Source: Dehalococcoidia bacterium
Lineage (GTDB): Bacteria > Chloroflexota > Dehalococcoidia > Plut-88900
Length of the DNA: 64,000 bases
Reading direction: 5' to 3'
Assembly: GCA_965249275.1 (NCBI GenBank)
Contig: CBDFLQ010000006.1
Span: forward strand, 224,001 to 288,000
Made by a program: the position numbers and the translations under genes. Shown here one piece after another: positions 21,431 to 31,067 of this stretch. The notes beneath the pieces are model-generated. The model did no database searches, was not told the DNA's origin, and saw only the letters and a program-made list of their open reading frames with translations. Within the stretch, counting starts at the first letter, position 1; every line of letters starts with the position of its first letter.

Positions 21431-22517
21431 TAAACAGAAAGTTGATCACATCTCCGTCTTGGACCCGGTATTCCTTGCCCTCCTGCCGGATCAATCCCTG
21501 TCTGCGTGCCTCCACCAGGCCTTGGCATTTCATCACATTCTTGTACTCGATCACCTCGGCCCGTATGAATCCCCGCTCGATGTCAGAATGGATCTTCCCC
21601 GCCGCCTTAGCGGCAGCCGTGTCCCTTTCCACGGGCCATGCCCTGGCCTCGTCGGGGCCGCAGGTAAGAAACGATACCAGGCCCAGCAGTTCATACGACA
21701 CCCGCAGCACCTTCTCCAACGCCGGCTCCCCACCATTCATTGAGGCCCTGAACTCAGCGGCCTCTTCTGCATCCAGTTGCGAAAGCTCCGCCTCTAATTT
21801 GCCGCACACCGCGGACACCGACACCCCATGTCCGCCGAACTTCTCCATGGCTTCCTGTTCAAGCGTGTCCATCTTGTTCAGGTCGTCTTCTCCAACATTC
21901 AGCAAGATAAGCTCAGGCTTGGCTGTTAGAAATTGGTAGCCGCTCAGAGTCTTCTGTTCATCGGCGTTCAAGGCCTGGGACCGCATTGGAACACCGTCTT
22001 CCAGCTTCGCTCTTATCTTGTCTATGAGGACCTGTTCGGCCAGTAGCTTGTCCCGCTCCTGGGCCCGAGCCCCTTTCAAGCTGTCCCGCAGCCGCTCCGC
22101 CTTCCGTTCCAATATGGTCAGGTCCGAATAAGTCAGTTCCAGGTCCAGCACCTCGGCATCCCGATACGGGTCGACGCTTCCCTCCAAATGAGGTGTCGAG
22201 GGCTCGTCAAACCCCCGCACGACATGCAACAAGGCATCCGCCTGCGAGAGCACATTGAGCAACTTCCCCCCGAAACCCTCGCTCTTCCCCAACCCCCTTG
22301 GCGTGAGAGGCACGTCGAAGTACTTCACCTCCGCCTGCACTATCTTCCGAGAACTGAATAGATCTGAAAGAGGCTGCAGCCTAGGGTCCGGCACCTTCGC
22401 CATCCCGACGGGTGCCCGATCAGCATGGGTGCCCTGATTGTGAGCCCCAAGGCCCGTCAGGGCATTGAATATAGTGGTCTTCCCACTCTGTGGCAGGCCG
22501 ATAATTCCTATTTCCAA
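21423..22517 (-). CDS. ychF: Redox-regulated ATPase YchF
   Basis: GIIGLPQSGKTT, FLTAKP, AGKIHSDIERGFIRAEV, EGKEYRVQDGD. Confidence 0.93.
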   Translation of the reverse strand: MEIGIIGLPQSGKTTIFNALTGLGAHNQGTHADRAPVGMAKVPDPRLQPLSDLFSSRKIVQAEVKYFDVPLTPRGLGKSEGFGGKLLNVLSQADALLHVVRGFDEPSTPHLEGSVDPYRDAEVLDLELTYSDLTILERKAERLRDSLKGARAQERDKLLAEQVLIDKIRAKLEDGVPMRSQALNADEQKTLSGYQFLTAKPELILLNVGEDDLNKMDTLEQEAMEKFGGHGVSVSAVCGKLEAELSQLDAEEAAEFRASMNGGEPALEKVLRVSYELLGLVSFLTCGPDEARAWPVERDTAAAKAAGKIHSDIERGFIRAEVIEYKNVMKCQGLVEARRQGLIRQEGKEYRVQDGDVINFLFNV

Positions 22518-22556
22518 GAGTTTTGTTTGGGGCCTCCTGATAAATGGATTTGCGTG

Positions 22557-22958
22557 CTAAAAGAGCAGCAAACCCTCATTGGCAGCTGCTTTCGCCAGCC
22601 TTGAGTCCAGTGTCGCAAGGCTGGCTTTACGCCTCATGGCCAATTCTAAGTAGATAGCATCGTAAAACGACAGTTTATGAATCCTGGCGAGGTCGAAAAC
22701 CACTTCAAGGTTCTGGCTCTCATCAGTTTGTATGGGTAGGCTCTTGAGCGCATTCAGAAGTTCATCAACCCGAACGGCCGAGGTACGCCCGCGGCGTTCT
22801 GCAGAGATCAAGGCATTTCGTGTTTCCAGGTGCCACAGCCAAGGGGCAAGTCCCCCAGTTTCCCCTACTTGCCTTAGGGCCTTGTCAGCAAGTGGCTGGT
22901 GCTCGTCATCAAGCAACGACGCCATGACAATAGATGCATCGATGACAAGTTCGCTCAA
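22557..22958 (-). CDS. vapC: VapC PIN-domain toxin
   Basis: VIDAS, LETRNAL, LSFYDAIYLELA, LATLD; probable TTG start overlapping antitoxin stop. Confidence 0.88.
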   Translation of the reverse strand: MSELVIDASIVMASLLDDEHQPLADKALRQVGETGGLAPWLWHLETRNALISAERRGRTSAVRVDELLNALKSLPIQTDESQNLEVVFDLARIHKLSFYDAIYLELAMRRKASLATLDSRLAKAAANEGLLLF

Positions 22959-23206
22959 TAGCGGTGCCCCTCGTGACGCCATTCAAGCATCTCTTGTAGA
23001 GTCGCTTTGATCTTTTCTCCCTCATCTCGACGACGAAGAAATTCCTCCACAGCCCTTTTCCGCTGTAATCTTTCTTGTGCCTCAGCTGGAATCAGGTGCG
23101 CTATAGGCTTGCCATGCCGCGTGATGGCTATGGTCTCGCCCTGCTCGACATTTCGGAGAAGTTCGGCTAGATGAATTTTGGCTTCAGTTGCTTGAATCAT
23201 CCGCAT
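22955..23206 (-). CDS. Phd/YefM-family antitoxin
   Basis: IQATEAKIHLAELLRNVEQGETIAITRHGKPIAHL; coupled to vapC. Confidence 0.88.
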   Translation of the reverse strand: MRMIQATEAKIHLAELLRNVEQGETIAITRHGKPIAHLIPAEAQERLQRKRAVEEFLRRRDEGEKIKATLQEMLEWRHEGHRY

Positions 23207-23240
23207 TGCGCATGTCCTAACCTGTTGTTTTAACCAGTTA

Positions 23241-23269
23241 ATTATATTATCAGACCAACCGGAAGACAA
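23241..23269 (-). promoter_or_regulatory. Sigma70-type promoter of the Phd-VapC operon
   Basis: TTGTCT-N17-TATAAT on - strand. Confidence 0.7.
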
Positions 23270-23305
23270 TCCGTCACACACCACTCCGTCACTCAAGCCC
23301 CTTCC

Positions 23306-23350
23306 TTGACAACCGACCCCCTCCATCCTAATGTGACATCCGTCGTCACA
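23306..23350 (+). promoter_or_regulatory. Sigma70-type promoter with overlapping palindromic operator
   Basis: TTGACA(23306)-N17-TAATGT; TGTGAC-N7-GTCACA at 23332-23350. Confidence 0.55.
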
Positions 23351-23383
23351 GCTATCCCCGACCCTGATCGTGAGCTCACGAAC

Positions 23384-24523
23384 ATGAGATTCGACAGCGG
23401 CCTATATGTTCACAGCGGCCAGCCCGAGGGCTACCCCTGGCTCGAAGAGTGGCGCGCTGAGGCCCGACTCTTCGAGCAGGCCGGCTTCACCACCGTCTGG
23501 AGCGCCGAGCACCATTTCTTCTGGGACGGTTGGGTCACCCCCACCCCCTCCAACCCCATCCTCACCTGCGTAGATCTCGCCGCCCACACTTCCACACTTC
23601 GCCTCGGCCAATGCGGCGTATCCATCACCGACCGCCACCCTGTCCATGTCGCCGAAGACATAGCCATGCTCGACCACGTCAGCAAGGGCCGCGTGGACTT
23701 CGGTGTCATCCGCGGCATCAACAACCGCGTAAACGGCAATTTCAACGTCAATGCCGACAGGCGAGACAAGAGAAAGAACTACGCCCTATTCGAAGAGGCA
23801 CTTGAGATTATTCTTAAGTGCTGGACCGAAGAAGCCTTTAGCCACACCGGGGAGTTCTACACCCTTCCCATGCCCGGCTGGCACGAACCCGTCGCTGATA
23901 TTGCCCGGGACCGGCGCTTTAACAACCCGGATGGTGAGCTCATCGCGTTGGGCGTCCTTCCCAAGCCGTACCAGAAGCCCCATCCCCCCGTTTGGCAAAT
24001 GGCCGACTCCGCATCTTCTCACGCCTTCGCCGCTAGCAGAGGGTTCGGGGGTATGTCCTGGGGCCGCACCCTGGAGGGGACCCGTGAAGCCTGGACTGCC
24101 TATCGGGACGCCGCCTCCGAGGCCCAGGGCCGCGACGTTCCCATGGGCGAAGGCGTCGCCATGATGCGCCCCATCTTCGTTGCCGATACCATGGAAGAGG
24201 CCCGGCGCATCATGCGCCCCGTAATTGAAACGGCCATGACCTATGGAGCCGGCAAATGGGCCCGACCCACTATGGTCGGCAAAAGCGAAAGCGTATCCGA
24301 TGAGGATCAGGCCGATGATTGGCTCGACTTCCTCACGAAACGAGGCCACACCCTCGTCGGCACTCCGGAATTCGTCGCAGAGGGTATTGAAAAATGGCGT
24401 ACGGAGCTCGGCTGCCAGCACGTAACCATGTACTGGCCCCTGCCCCACCTCACCTACACCGAGGTCATGCGCTCCATCTACCTCTTCGCCGATAAGGTCA
24501 TGCCCCAATTCGTCGGAAAATAA
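23384..24523 (+). CDS. LLM-class flavin-dependent monooxygenase (paralog of 1614-2768)
   Basis: GFTTVWSAEHH, HPVHVAEDIAMLD, PKPYQKPHPPVWQ, LFADKVMPQF. Confidence 0.9.
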   Translation: MRFDSGLYVHSGQPEGYPWLEEWRAEARLFEQAGFTTVWSAEHHFFWDGWVTPTPSNPILTCVDLAAHTSTLRLGQCGVSITDRHPVHVAEDIAMLDHVSKGRVDFGVIRGINNRVNGNFNVNADRRDKRKNYALFEEALEIILKCWTEEAFSHTGEFYTLPMPGWHEPVADIARDRRFNNPDGELIALGVLPKPYQKPHPPVWQMADSASSHAFAASRGFGGMSWGRTLEGTREAWTAYRDAASEAQGRDVPMGEGVAMMRPIFVADTMEEARRIMRPVIETAMTYGAGKWARPTMVGKSESVSDEDQADDWLDFLTKRGHTLVGTPEFVAEGIEKWRTELGCQHVTMYWPLPHLTYTEVMRSIYLFADKVMPQFVGK

Positions 24524-24547
24524 AGATACTCAGAAAAGGATGCGCCC

Positions 24548-25288
24548 ATGTGGAAGGTAGCACTTCTGGTCCTTTCCCTGGCCCTTATAGCATCGCTCGC
24601 CCTCTCCTGTAGCGATGAACCCGAGTTAGTGCGCTTTGGCGCCGACGGGGATTATTTCCCCTACAACTTTCTGGACGACACCGGAGAGGTGGACGGCTTC
24701 GAAGCAGATTTGATCGACGAGGTCTGCCGTCGCGCTAACTTGGAATGCACTTGGGTAATCACCCCCTGGGATGGAATCATCGACAGCCTGATTGCCAAAG
24801 AATTCGACGTCATATCCGCCGGGATGAGCATAACTGACGAACGTGACGAGGTCATAGATTTCACCCAGCCCTACCTGCCCCCCACCCCCTCAATCTACGT
24901 TGCCTTGGCCACCGCGGGTGAAGACGCCCTGAACGGCAAAATCGGCGCGGGAGTCTCCACGGTGCACTCCGCTTATCTCTCGGAGTCGGGTGCCGACTTC
25001 GTTGAAATCGATGGCTCCGAAGCGCTCTTTGCGGCGCTCCTGGCCGGCGAGGTAGACGCCGTACTGGTAGATCGGGAATTCGGCCGCCAGAACATAGCTG
25101 ACAGCGAAGGCAAGCTCTCCGTTCTCGGCTCTCCGATCATCTTGGATAAAGGGATAGGTGCCGGCCTTCGCGAAGAAGACGTCGACCTGAAGGAGAAGCT
25201 GAATGAGGCCATCAGCGCGATGAAAGCCGACGGCTCTCTCAACGACCTGATCCGCAAGTGGTTCGACGAAGACGCCGAACTCTTCTAG
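24548..25288 (+). CDS. Polar amino-acid ABC transporter substrate-binding lipoprotein (family 3)
   Basis: Lipobox LALSC, YFPYNF, WDGIIDSL...FDVISAGMSITDER; no permease genes adjacent. Confidence 0.88.
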   Translation: MWKVALLVLSLALIASLALSCSDEPELVRFGADGDYFPYNFLDDTGEVDGFEADLIDEVCRRANLECTWVITPWDGIIDSLIAKEFDVISAGMSITDERDEVIDFTQPYLPPTPSIYVALATAGEDALNGKIGAGVSTVHSAYLSESGADFVEIDGSEALFAALLAGEVDAVLVDREFGRQNIADSEGKLSVLGSPIILDKGIGAGLREEDVDLKEKLNEAISAMKADGSLNDLIRKWFDEDAELF

Positions 25289-25311
25289 CTCGACCCGAGG
25301 AACAGTCTCCT

Positions 25312-26841
25312 CTAGACCTTCAGCATGTCCAGCGTCCGGTCGAAGATCGAGCGCTCCTTGCCGCCTTCGACCACCGCCACCGACTTCACCGCGGCCACCA
25401 GGTGGCTCCACCTGTACGGCTCCCGAGTTGCGTAGAACTCATCGACAAGCGCTTGGTGATGCTTGATCCCGTGCAGCTCCGTAAAGTCGTCCCGGCAGAT
25501 AATCTCGCCTATTCGCTTGAACAACGCCTCAGGATTGTACCGTCGGTCGGCATAACGCTGCGCCAGCAGCATAGCCTCTTGTACCTCGTTGCCTAGTTCG
25601 AGGTTGTCTACGCCGATCTCTCTCCAATTAGCCCACGGCTGCCCCTCGATGCTCTCCACGATTCCGTCCAGCAGCTCGGCCTGTCCCATCTCCGGCAGTG
25701 ACTCCGACTTCGAGGGATCAAACGGCTTCTCCCACAGCATCCGAGACCCATTGAGGCACTCGGGGCCTGTGAGCGCCGTGATCAGCGCTTCAATCTTGTG
25801 CCTAAGGCCTACACCCTCCACGTTCAGCAGGTAGCGCCGCCCGTTGGTGCCCGTGTGCAGGTGCGAGTCCATCGGGTTACCGTAGCTCGACTTCAGGTAC
25901 GCCATCGACGCACCCACCGACAACGCCTCTCCCGCCCCTTCCAGGGACATCCCCTCGGACAGCGCCTTCGCAATCGGCTCCATGCCGTCCAGGTAGTTGG
26001 TGCATTGCCCTATGGCCTCTCCCAGCTTCCCAATCGCCTCTGTCTCCCGGTCTCCCGTTCGAAGCGGTATATCGCGGTCCATCAGTGAATAGTCTTCTAT
26101 CAGCTGAGTCACGTCGTCGAACACCGAAGCCTCGGTCCGCGAAAGGCTGAACGGGTTCCGAGCCTGGTATCGCACCACAACTCTCATCAGAACGGGCGCC
26201 CACTCCCACCCGATAACGTCCAGTGCCCTGAACGTGAACATCGGATACACGAAGTAGTGGTCGTCAATGCTGTTCCGGGACACGCAGGCCGGCAGCAGCA
26301 GGTCCAACGTCTCTCCCGGTATCCGGTTCTCTTCCAGCCACAGGTAGTATTGCTCCGCCAGGCTCGGCTTCCGCACTTGGATAGCCCTCAGCAGTGCGTC
26401 TTCCGTAGACCCCATTACGTCCGGATCATCCGACGCCTCCGTCCCCTCCGACAGGTGGTATGACCCGATCATCGCCCCCGTGCCTTCCAGCGCATCCATC
26501 GCAGGCATGATGTACGGCCCCATCTGCGGAGAGTGTACGTGGTTGTTGCACAGCGCCACGTGCTGCACTATGGGCATAAATGCCATCTCGCCACTGAGCC
26601 TGCGGGATGTGTTGTACACACCGTGAATCCCGCATATCGGGTGAACTGGACCACCGTGGTGCTCCGGAGGAAGCTCGGTAGACCGGCACACCGCCAGGGC
26701 CCCTGCCCTGAGCAAATCGACAGCCGGCGTCCCCGCCCTCAGTTTGTCCAGCGTGCGCTCGATAATCTCGCTCGGGTCCGTCCCCTCTACAAACTGGACC
26801 AGTTCTTCTACTTCGTCACGAAATACTATTCCCCTGAACAT
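25312..26841 (-). CDS. Hypothetical His-motif-rich protein, possible metalloenzyme
   Basis: 509-aa ORF with GGAGG RBS; motifs HHGGPVHP, DDHYF, MDSHLHT, ELHGIKHH. Confidence 0.75.
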   Translation of the reverse strand: MFRGIVFRDEVEELVQFVEGTDPSEIIERTLDKLRAGTPAVDLLRAGALAVCRSTELPPEHHGGPVHPICGIHGVYNTSRRLSGEMAFMPIVQHVALCNNHVHSPQMGPYIMPAMDALEGTGAMIGSYHLSEGTEASDDPDVMGSTEDALLRAIQVRKPSLAEQYYLWLEENRIPGETLDLLLPACVSRNSIDDHYFVYPMFTFRALDVIGWEWAPVLMRVVVRYQARNPFSLSRTEASVFDDVTQLIEDYSLMDRDIPLRTGDRETEAIGKLGEAIGQCTNYLDGMEPIAKALSEGMSLEGAGEALSVGASMAYLKSSYGNPMDSHLHTGTNGRRYLLNVEGVGLRHKIEALITALTGPECLNGSRMLWEKPFDPSKSESLPEMGQAELLDGIVESIEGQPWANWREIGVDNLELGNEVQEAMLLAQRYADRRYNPEALFKRIGEIICRDDFTELHGIKHHQALVDEFYATREPYRWSHLVAAVKSVAVVEGGKERSIFDRTLDMLKV

Positions 26842-26883
26842 TAAGTCCTCCTGCCGAGATACGGCACACTGCCAATAAAGCGC

Positions 26884-28092
26884 TTAGATTACGCCGGCCG
26901 TCTTCAATTCTTCGAACTTGGTCCCGTTTATTCCCAAAATCTCATTTAACACTTCCGCCGTATGCTGTCCCAGCAGCGGCGCCGGCTCCATCTCAAAAGA
27001 TGAATGCGCCAGCTTTATCGGATCGGCTATGATCTTGAACTTGCCCCGCTGCGGGTGGTCCATGTCCACTATCATCCCCCGCTCGATTAGGTGTTTGTCC
27101 GTATGGATGTCCTCGGCATTGAGCATTGCTCCACACGGAATACCGGCCCCGCCTATCTTCTCCATCACCTCGTACTTCGTGTACTGCATCGTCCACTCTT
27201 CGACAAGCATGTTAACCTCCAGGCCGTTCTCGCGTCGGGCCTGGCTGGTGCTATAGCGCGGGTCTCCAATCAAGTCATCCCGACCCATCACCTTCAGCAG
27301 CTTGGGCCACATGCTGTCCCCGATAACTGAGCTTACATATATAAAAGCGTAGTCGTCAAAACCGCCGGGCGCACAACGGAAGATATCCCCTGGAAACACG
27401 CCGGCGGTCGTCGTCCCCCGACGGTCGGGTGCCTTGCCGGTCATGTTGTACGTCATCATCATCACCCGCCCCAGGTTCACCACCGCGTCCTGCATCGAAA
27501 CTTCCAGTTCCTGTCCGACCCCCGTGGCCTGCCTCTGCCACAACGCCGCCATGATCCCCAACGCCGTGTGGTACCCAGTCCCGATATCTCCGGCGGTAAT
27601 ACCCATCAGCGTAGGAGAACCACCCGGGTGCCCTGTCATCGCCGCCGCCCCGCCGGCCATCTGCGCGATCATGTCGAAGCTCTTGAACCCACTGTACGGC
27701 CCGTACGTCCCGAACCCCTTCACCCGAGCCAGGATTATCTTCGGGTTGACCTCCGACAGCACGTCGAAAGTAAGTCCTAACCGTTCCAGGGTTCCGGGGC
27801 CAAGGTTCTCAACAACAATATCCGCGTTCCGAACGAGGTCAAGAAATATCTTCTTGCCCTCTTCGGTCTTTACATTCAGGGTCAGGCTGCGCTTGTTCGC
27901 ATTCAGTAGAAGGAAATAGTAGCTGTCCAGACCGGGCACGTCCGCCGAGGCTCGTCTCCCCGGATCGCCCTTCCCAGGTGCCTCCACTTTTATGACATCG
28001 GCACCCAACCAAGCCAAGGCCTGGGTGCAAGTTGTTCCCGCCTCGAACTGGGTGAGGTCTATTATCCTGACACCTGCGAGCGCCTTCGCCAT
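26884..28092 (-). CDS. CaiB/BaiF class III CoA-transferase (formyl-CoA transferase-like)
   Basis: LAGVRIIDLTQFEAG, LGADVIKVE, NANKRSLTLN, GFGTYGPY, PAPLLGQHT. Confidence 0.92.
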   Translation of the reverse strand: MAKALAGVRIIDLTQFEAGTTCTQALAWLGADVIKVEAPGKGDPGRRASADVPGLDSYYFLLLNANKRSLTLNVKTEEGKKIFLDLVRNADIVVENLGPGTLERLGLTFDVLSEVNPKIILARVKGFGTYGPYSGFKSFDMIAQMAGGAAAMTGHPGGSPTLMGITAGDIGTGYHTALGIMAALWQRQATGVGQELEVSMQDAVVNLGRVMMMTYNMTGKAPDRRGTTTAGVFPGDIFRCAPGGFDDYAFIYVSSVIGDSMWPKLLKVMGRDDLIGDPRYSTSQARRENGLEVNMLVEEWTMQYTKYEVMEKIGGAGIPCGAMLNAEDIHTDKHLIERGMIVDMDHPQRGKFKIIADPIKLAHSSFEMEPAPLLGQHTAEVLNEILGINGTKFEELKTAGVI

Positions 28093-28319
28093 ACGCCCTC
28101 CCGATATCCAACTACTCTTGTGCCCAATAGTATCACACCCCTCCCATCCACCCTACAAGAACATATTAAGGGATGATTCCCATTTTTCAAATGTTTTCGT
28201 TTATGGGGTGGGAGTTATTCTCTTTGTCTTGACCTCGCAGTGCATGGAACACACACCATGCCGTAGGTCTGCCTTTGGCGGATCGAAGGTCGCAAGGACG
28301 AAATGGTGTTGGAATAACC

Positions 28320-28778
28320 TCAGGAGTTCCTTACAGGAAGCTCCACCACTGCCTTCCCGCTCTTCAACACCCGAGTCCCGTGCTGGTTCTCGATCCACAG
28401 CTCGCACTCCACCACCCCACCCTCACCCTTCCCCGACACCTTGCCCTTACAAGTCAACGTGTCCCCCGGAAACACAAAATCACCATACCTGAACGAAAGC
28501 CGCTTTAACGTCCCCCCGATGCCCGCCCAATCCGTGACATGCTGTGCCAGGTACCCGCCCATCTGCTGCCCATCCAGGAACTGCGTCCTCATCCCCTTTC
28601 CATTCGCATACTCCATGTCATGGTGATAGCGATGAAAGTCCCACGTTGATGCCGCGTACATCACCATGCTGACAGTCGTTATCTCCTTAACCAACGCCGG
28701 AATCTCCTCCCCAACCTCCACATCCTCAAAATACACCCCCAACTCTCCCAAACTCATCTTTCTCGCCTTTTCAATCAT
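28320..28778 (-). CDS. MaoC-family hotdog-fold dehydratase
   Basis: YFEDVEVGEE, YAASTWDFHRYHHD, VFPGDTLTCKG. Confidence 0.85.
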   Translation of the reverse strand: MIEKARKMSLGELGVYFEDVEVGEEIPALVKEITTVSMVMYAASTWDFHRYHHDMEYANGKGMRTQFLDGQQMGGYLAQHVTDWAGIGGTLKRLSFRYGDFVFPGDTLTCKGKVSGKGEGGVVECELWIENQHGTRVLKSGKAVVELPVRNS

Positions 28779-28846
28779 CCTCCTACCGGACAGCTACCGT
28801 CCTTAGCCGCGGGAATTCCATATCGGTTCTAATCTCCCCCCTCGAC

Positions 28847-29044
28847 GAGATGTTTTCGGAACCTGCGTCCAGGGGCCGGGGCCGCTCTTCCCGTCGAAGA
28901 TGCGCCGAGGCGTGACCTTTGCATTACCTGTGCCGGAGGGGCTGGGGCCGCTCGTGCTGAGCCCCGTCGAAGTATGAGCGGAGGAGGGGTATAGGCTCGT
29001 CTGAGCAGCAAAAAAGGGGTGGCCTTCAGCTTTGCGAAGGTCCT
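28847..29044 (+). mobile_element. Truncated plus near-full copy of the ~130-bp TIR element, with a 21-nt insert at 28894-28914
   Basis: ACCTTTGCATTACC...TTTGCGAAGGTCC, internal family B hairpin; separates the two MaoC genes. Confidence 0.65.
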
Positions 29045-29138
29045 TCGTAGGGTTGCAAATGCACCGTGCTATTGAAGACCAACGATGGTATTCACTCCGA
29101 ACAGCAAACAGGTTTGTCGTAGACCTACCCACGTCCCC

Positions 29139-29627
29139 CTACCCCTCCCTGAATATCATCGTCTCGTGATTCACCGCCAACATCTCTTCCCGCTGGTTCG
29201 TATACGTTATGTCGTATTCCAGAAAATACAGCGTCCCCGACCGGCCCTGCTTTTCACGCACATTTGTCACCTTCCAGCGAGCCGTGAGCACGTCGTTGGG
29301 GTGCAAGGGTTGGAAGAACTCGTAGTCGTTCGCCGCCCGTATCTCCATCCCGACCGGCAGCCCGAACCGCCCCGCCGCCCCACCCGTCTCGTCCACCTCT
29401 CCCACCATGTACTGCAAGGTCTCACACACAAGGGTGGGCGGAGCGATAATCCCGCCATACCGTGTCCCCGACGCATATTCCTCGTCATAGTACAGGGGGT
29501 TCATGTCCCCCTGCGCCTGCGCGAAGGAACGTATCCCAGACCTGCCGATCTCGTCGGGGGAAGTGATGGTCATCTCCCTGCCGACCATCTTCTTAAGTTC
29601 GGCTAAGACTGGGCTCCCAGTGCTCAA
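29139..29627 (-). CDS. MaoC dehydratase N-terminal-like (FAS1 dehydratase-type) protein
   Basis: IRSFAQAQGDMNPLYYDEEYA...YGGIIAPPT, YEFFQPLHPNDVL. Confidence 0.85.
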   Translation of the reverse strand: MSTGSPVLAELKKMVGREMTITSPDEIGRSGIRSFAQAQGDMNPLYYDEEYASGTRYGGIIAPPTLVCETLQYMVGEVDETGGAAGRFGLPVGMEIRAANDYEFFQPLHPNDVLTARWKVTNVREKQGRSGTLYFLEYDITYTNQREEMLAVNHETMIFREG

Positions 29628-29729
29628 TTCGTGGCCTCCTTGGACCTCGCGAGTATATCACCACACCCCGATTGCCCTCCCCCTTGCCTCGTGTTACCTT
29701 GCACTCACACCCCTGCTGCGGAGGCTCAC

Positions 29730-31067
29730 ATGAGCGATTATCTGGACAAGCTGTCCCAATTCGTCTCCGATACATCCTACGATACCCTCTCCCCCGACGC
29801 CCGAGCCGCCGCCAAGGACGTTGTTATGGACACATTCGGCGCGATGGTTGCAGGCAGTCGGCTCCCCGAGAATCGCGCCCTCGCCCAACTCGCCTCCGAG
29901 CGTTCCCAACCCGCCGTTGCCACGCTGCTAGGACACAACCTGAAGGCCGAACCCATGTTCGCTGCCCTATCCAATTCTGCCGCCGGTGTCGCCCTGGAGA
30001 TGGACGAAGGCAACCGTTTCGGGGGTGGACATCCCGCAATCCACTCCATCCCTGGAGCCCTGGCCGTTGCAGAAGAGATGGCAGTCGACGGCAAGAGGTT
30101 CATCGAAAGCGTAGTCGTCGGCTACGAAATCGAGTCCCGTTTCGGCGGCGCTACCAAGCCCCGGGACAACGTCCACTCCCACGGCCACTGGGGCGCCGTA
30201 GGCACGGGCGCCGCCATTGCCAAGCTCCGTGGCTACTCCCCCTACAAGGTGCGCGCCGTCATAAACCTCGCCGCCTCCATGAGCCCCGCAAACACCTGGA
30301 CCACCGCCTTCCGTGGCGCGACCATCCGCAATCTCTACCCCGCCCGATCCGGTTTTCAGGGTATCCTTGCAGCCCACCTATACGAGTGCGGTTTCACCGG
30401 CCTCGTAGACGCCCCCTCTGACGTTTTCGGCACCATCATCGGTGATTCCTTCAGCCCCGAGGCCGCCGTCCAGGGCCTCGGCGGTGAGTTGCGAATCCAG
30501 CAGAACTACTTCAAGTTCCACGCCTGCTGCCGCATCAACCACGCCTCCATCGAGGCAGTCCTGGACGCCCGAGCACGCAATGGCCTGGATCCCGACGCCA
30601 TAGAGCGCATAGACCTGCGCGTCCACAGAATGCTCGACGGAATGCTCGGCCCCTACCCCGACAACGTCCTCGCATCCAAGTTCCATGTCCCCTATGCCAT
30701 AGCCGTCACGCTAATGGAGAACAAGACCGACACCACGGTCTTCCACCCCGATGTAATCTCCAAACCCCACATCAAGGACTTTGCATCCAGGGTAAACGTG
30801 AAGATGGACCCCGAATTGGCCGCCGCTGGAGACCCTGGCCCCTTGGCCCAGGCCTCCATCCTCCTGAAAGACGGCAGCACCATCCACGGCGAGACCGGCA
30901 CTCTCTGGGGAGATTACGGCAACCGAGCCCCTCGCTCCCAGCTCCTCGACAAAATCCACTTCCTCTGCGACGACATCCTGGGCGCGGACAGCGTGAACCG
31001 GCTGGTCGACTGCACCGCGAAATTGGACGAAGTATCGGACGTCCGCCGGCTTACCGCCCTGGCCTAG
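29730..31067 (+). CDS. MmgE/PrpD-family protein
   Basis: ALEMDEGN...GHP, VVGYE, YFKFHACC, SKFHVPY; ATG 29730 after GGAGG. Confidence 0.9.
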   Translation: MSDYLDKLSQFVSDTSYDTLSPDARAAAKDVVMDTFGAMVAGSRLPENRALAQLASERSQPAVATLLGHNLKAEPMFAALSNSAAGVALEMDEGNRFGGGHPAIHSIPGALAVAEEMAVDGKRFIESVVVGYEIESRFGGATKPRDNVHSHGHWGAVGTGAAIAKLRGYSPYKVRAVINLAASMSPANTWTTAFRGATIRNLYPARSGFQGILAAHLYECGFTGLVDAPSDVFGTIIGDSFSPEAAVQGLGGELRIQQNYFKFHACCRINHASIEAVLDARARNGLDPDAIERIDLRVHRMLDGMLGPYPDNVLASKFHVPYAIAVTLMENKTDTTVFHPDVISKPHIKDFASRVNVKMDPELAAAGDPGPLAQASILLKDGSTIHGETGTLWGDYGNRAPRSQLLDKIHFLCDDILGADSVNRLVDCTAKLDEVSDVRRLTALA

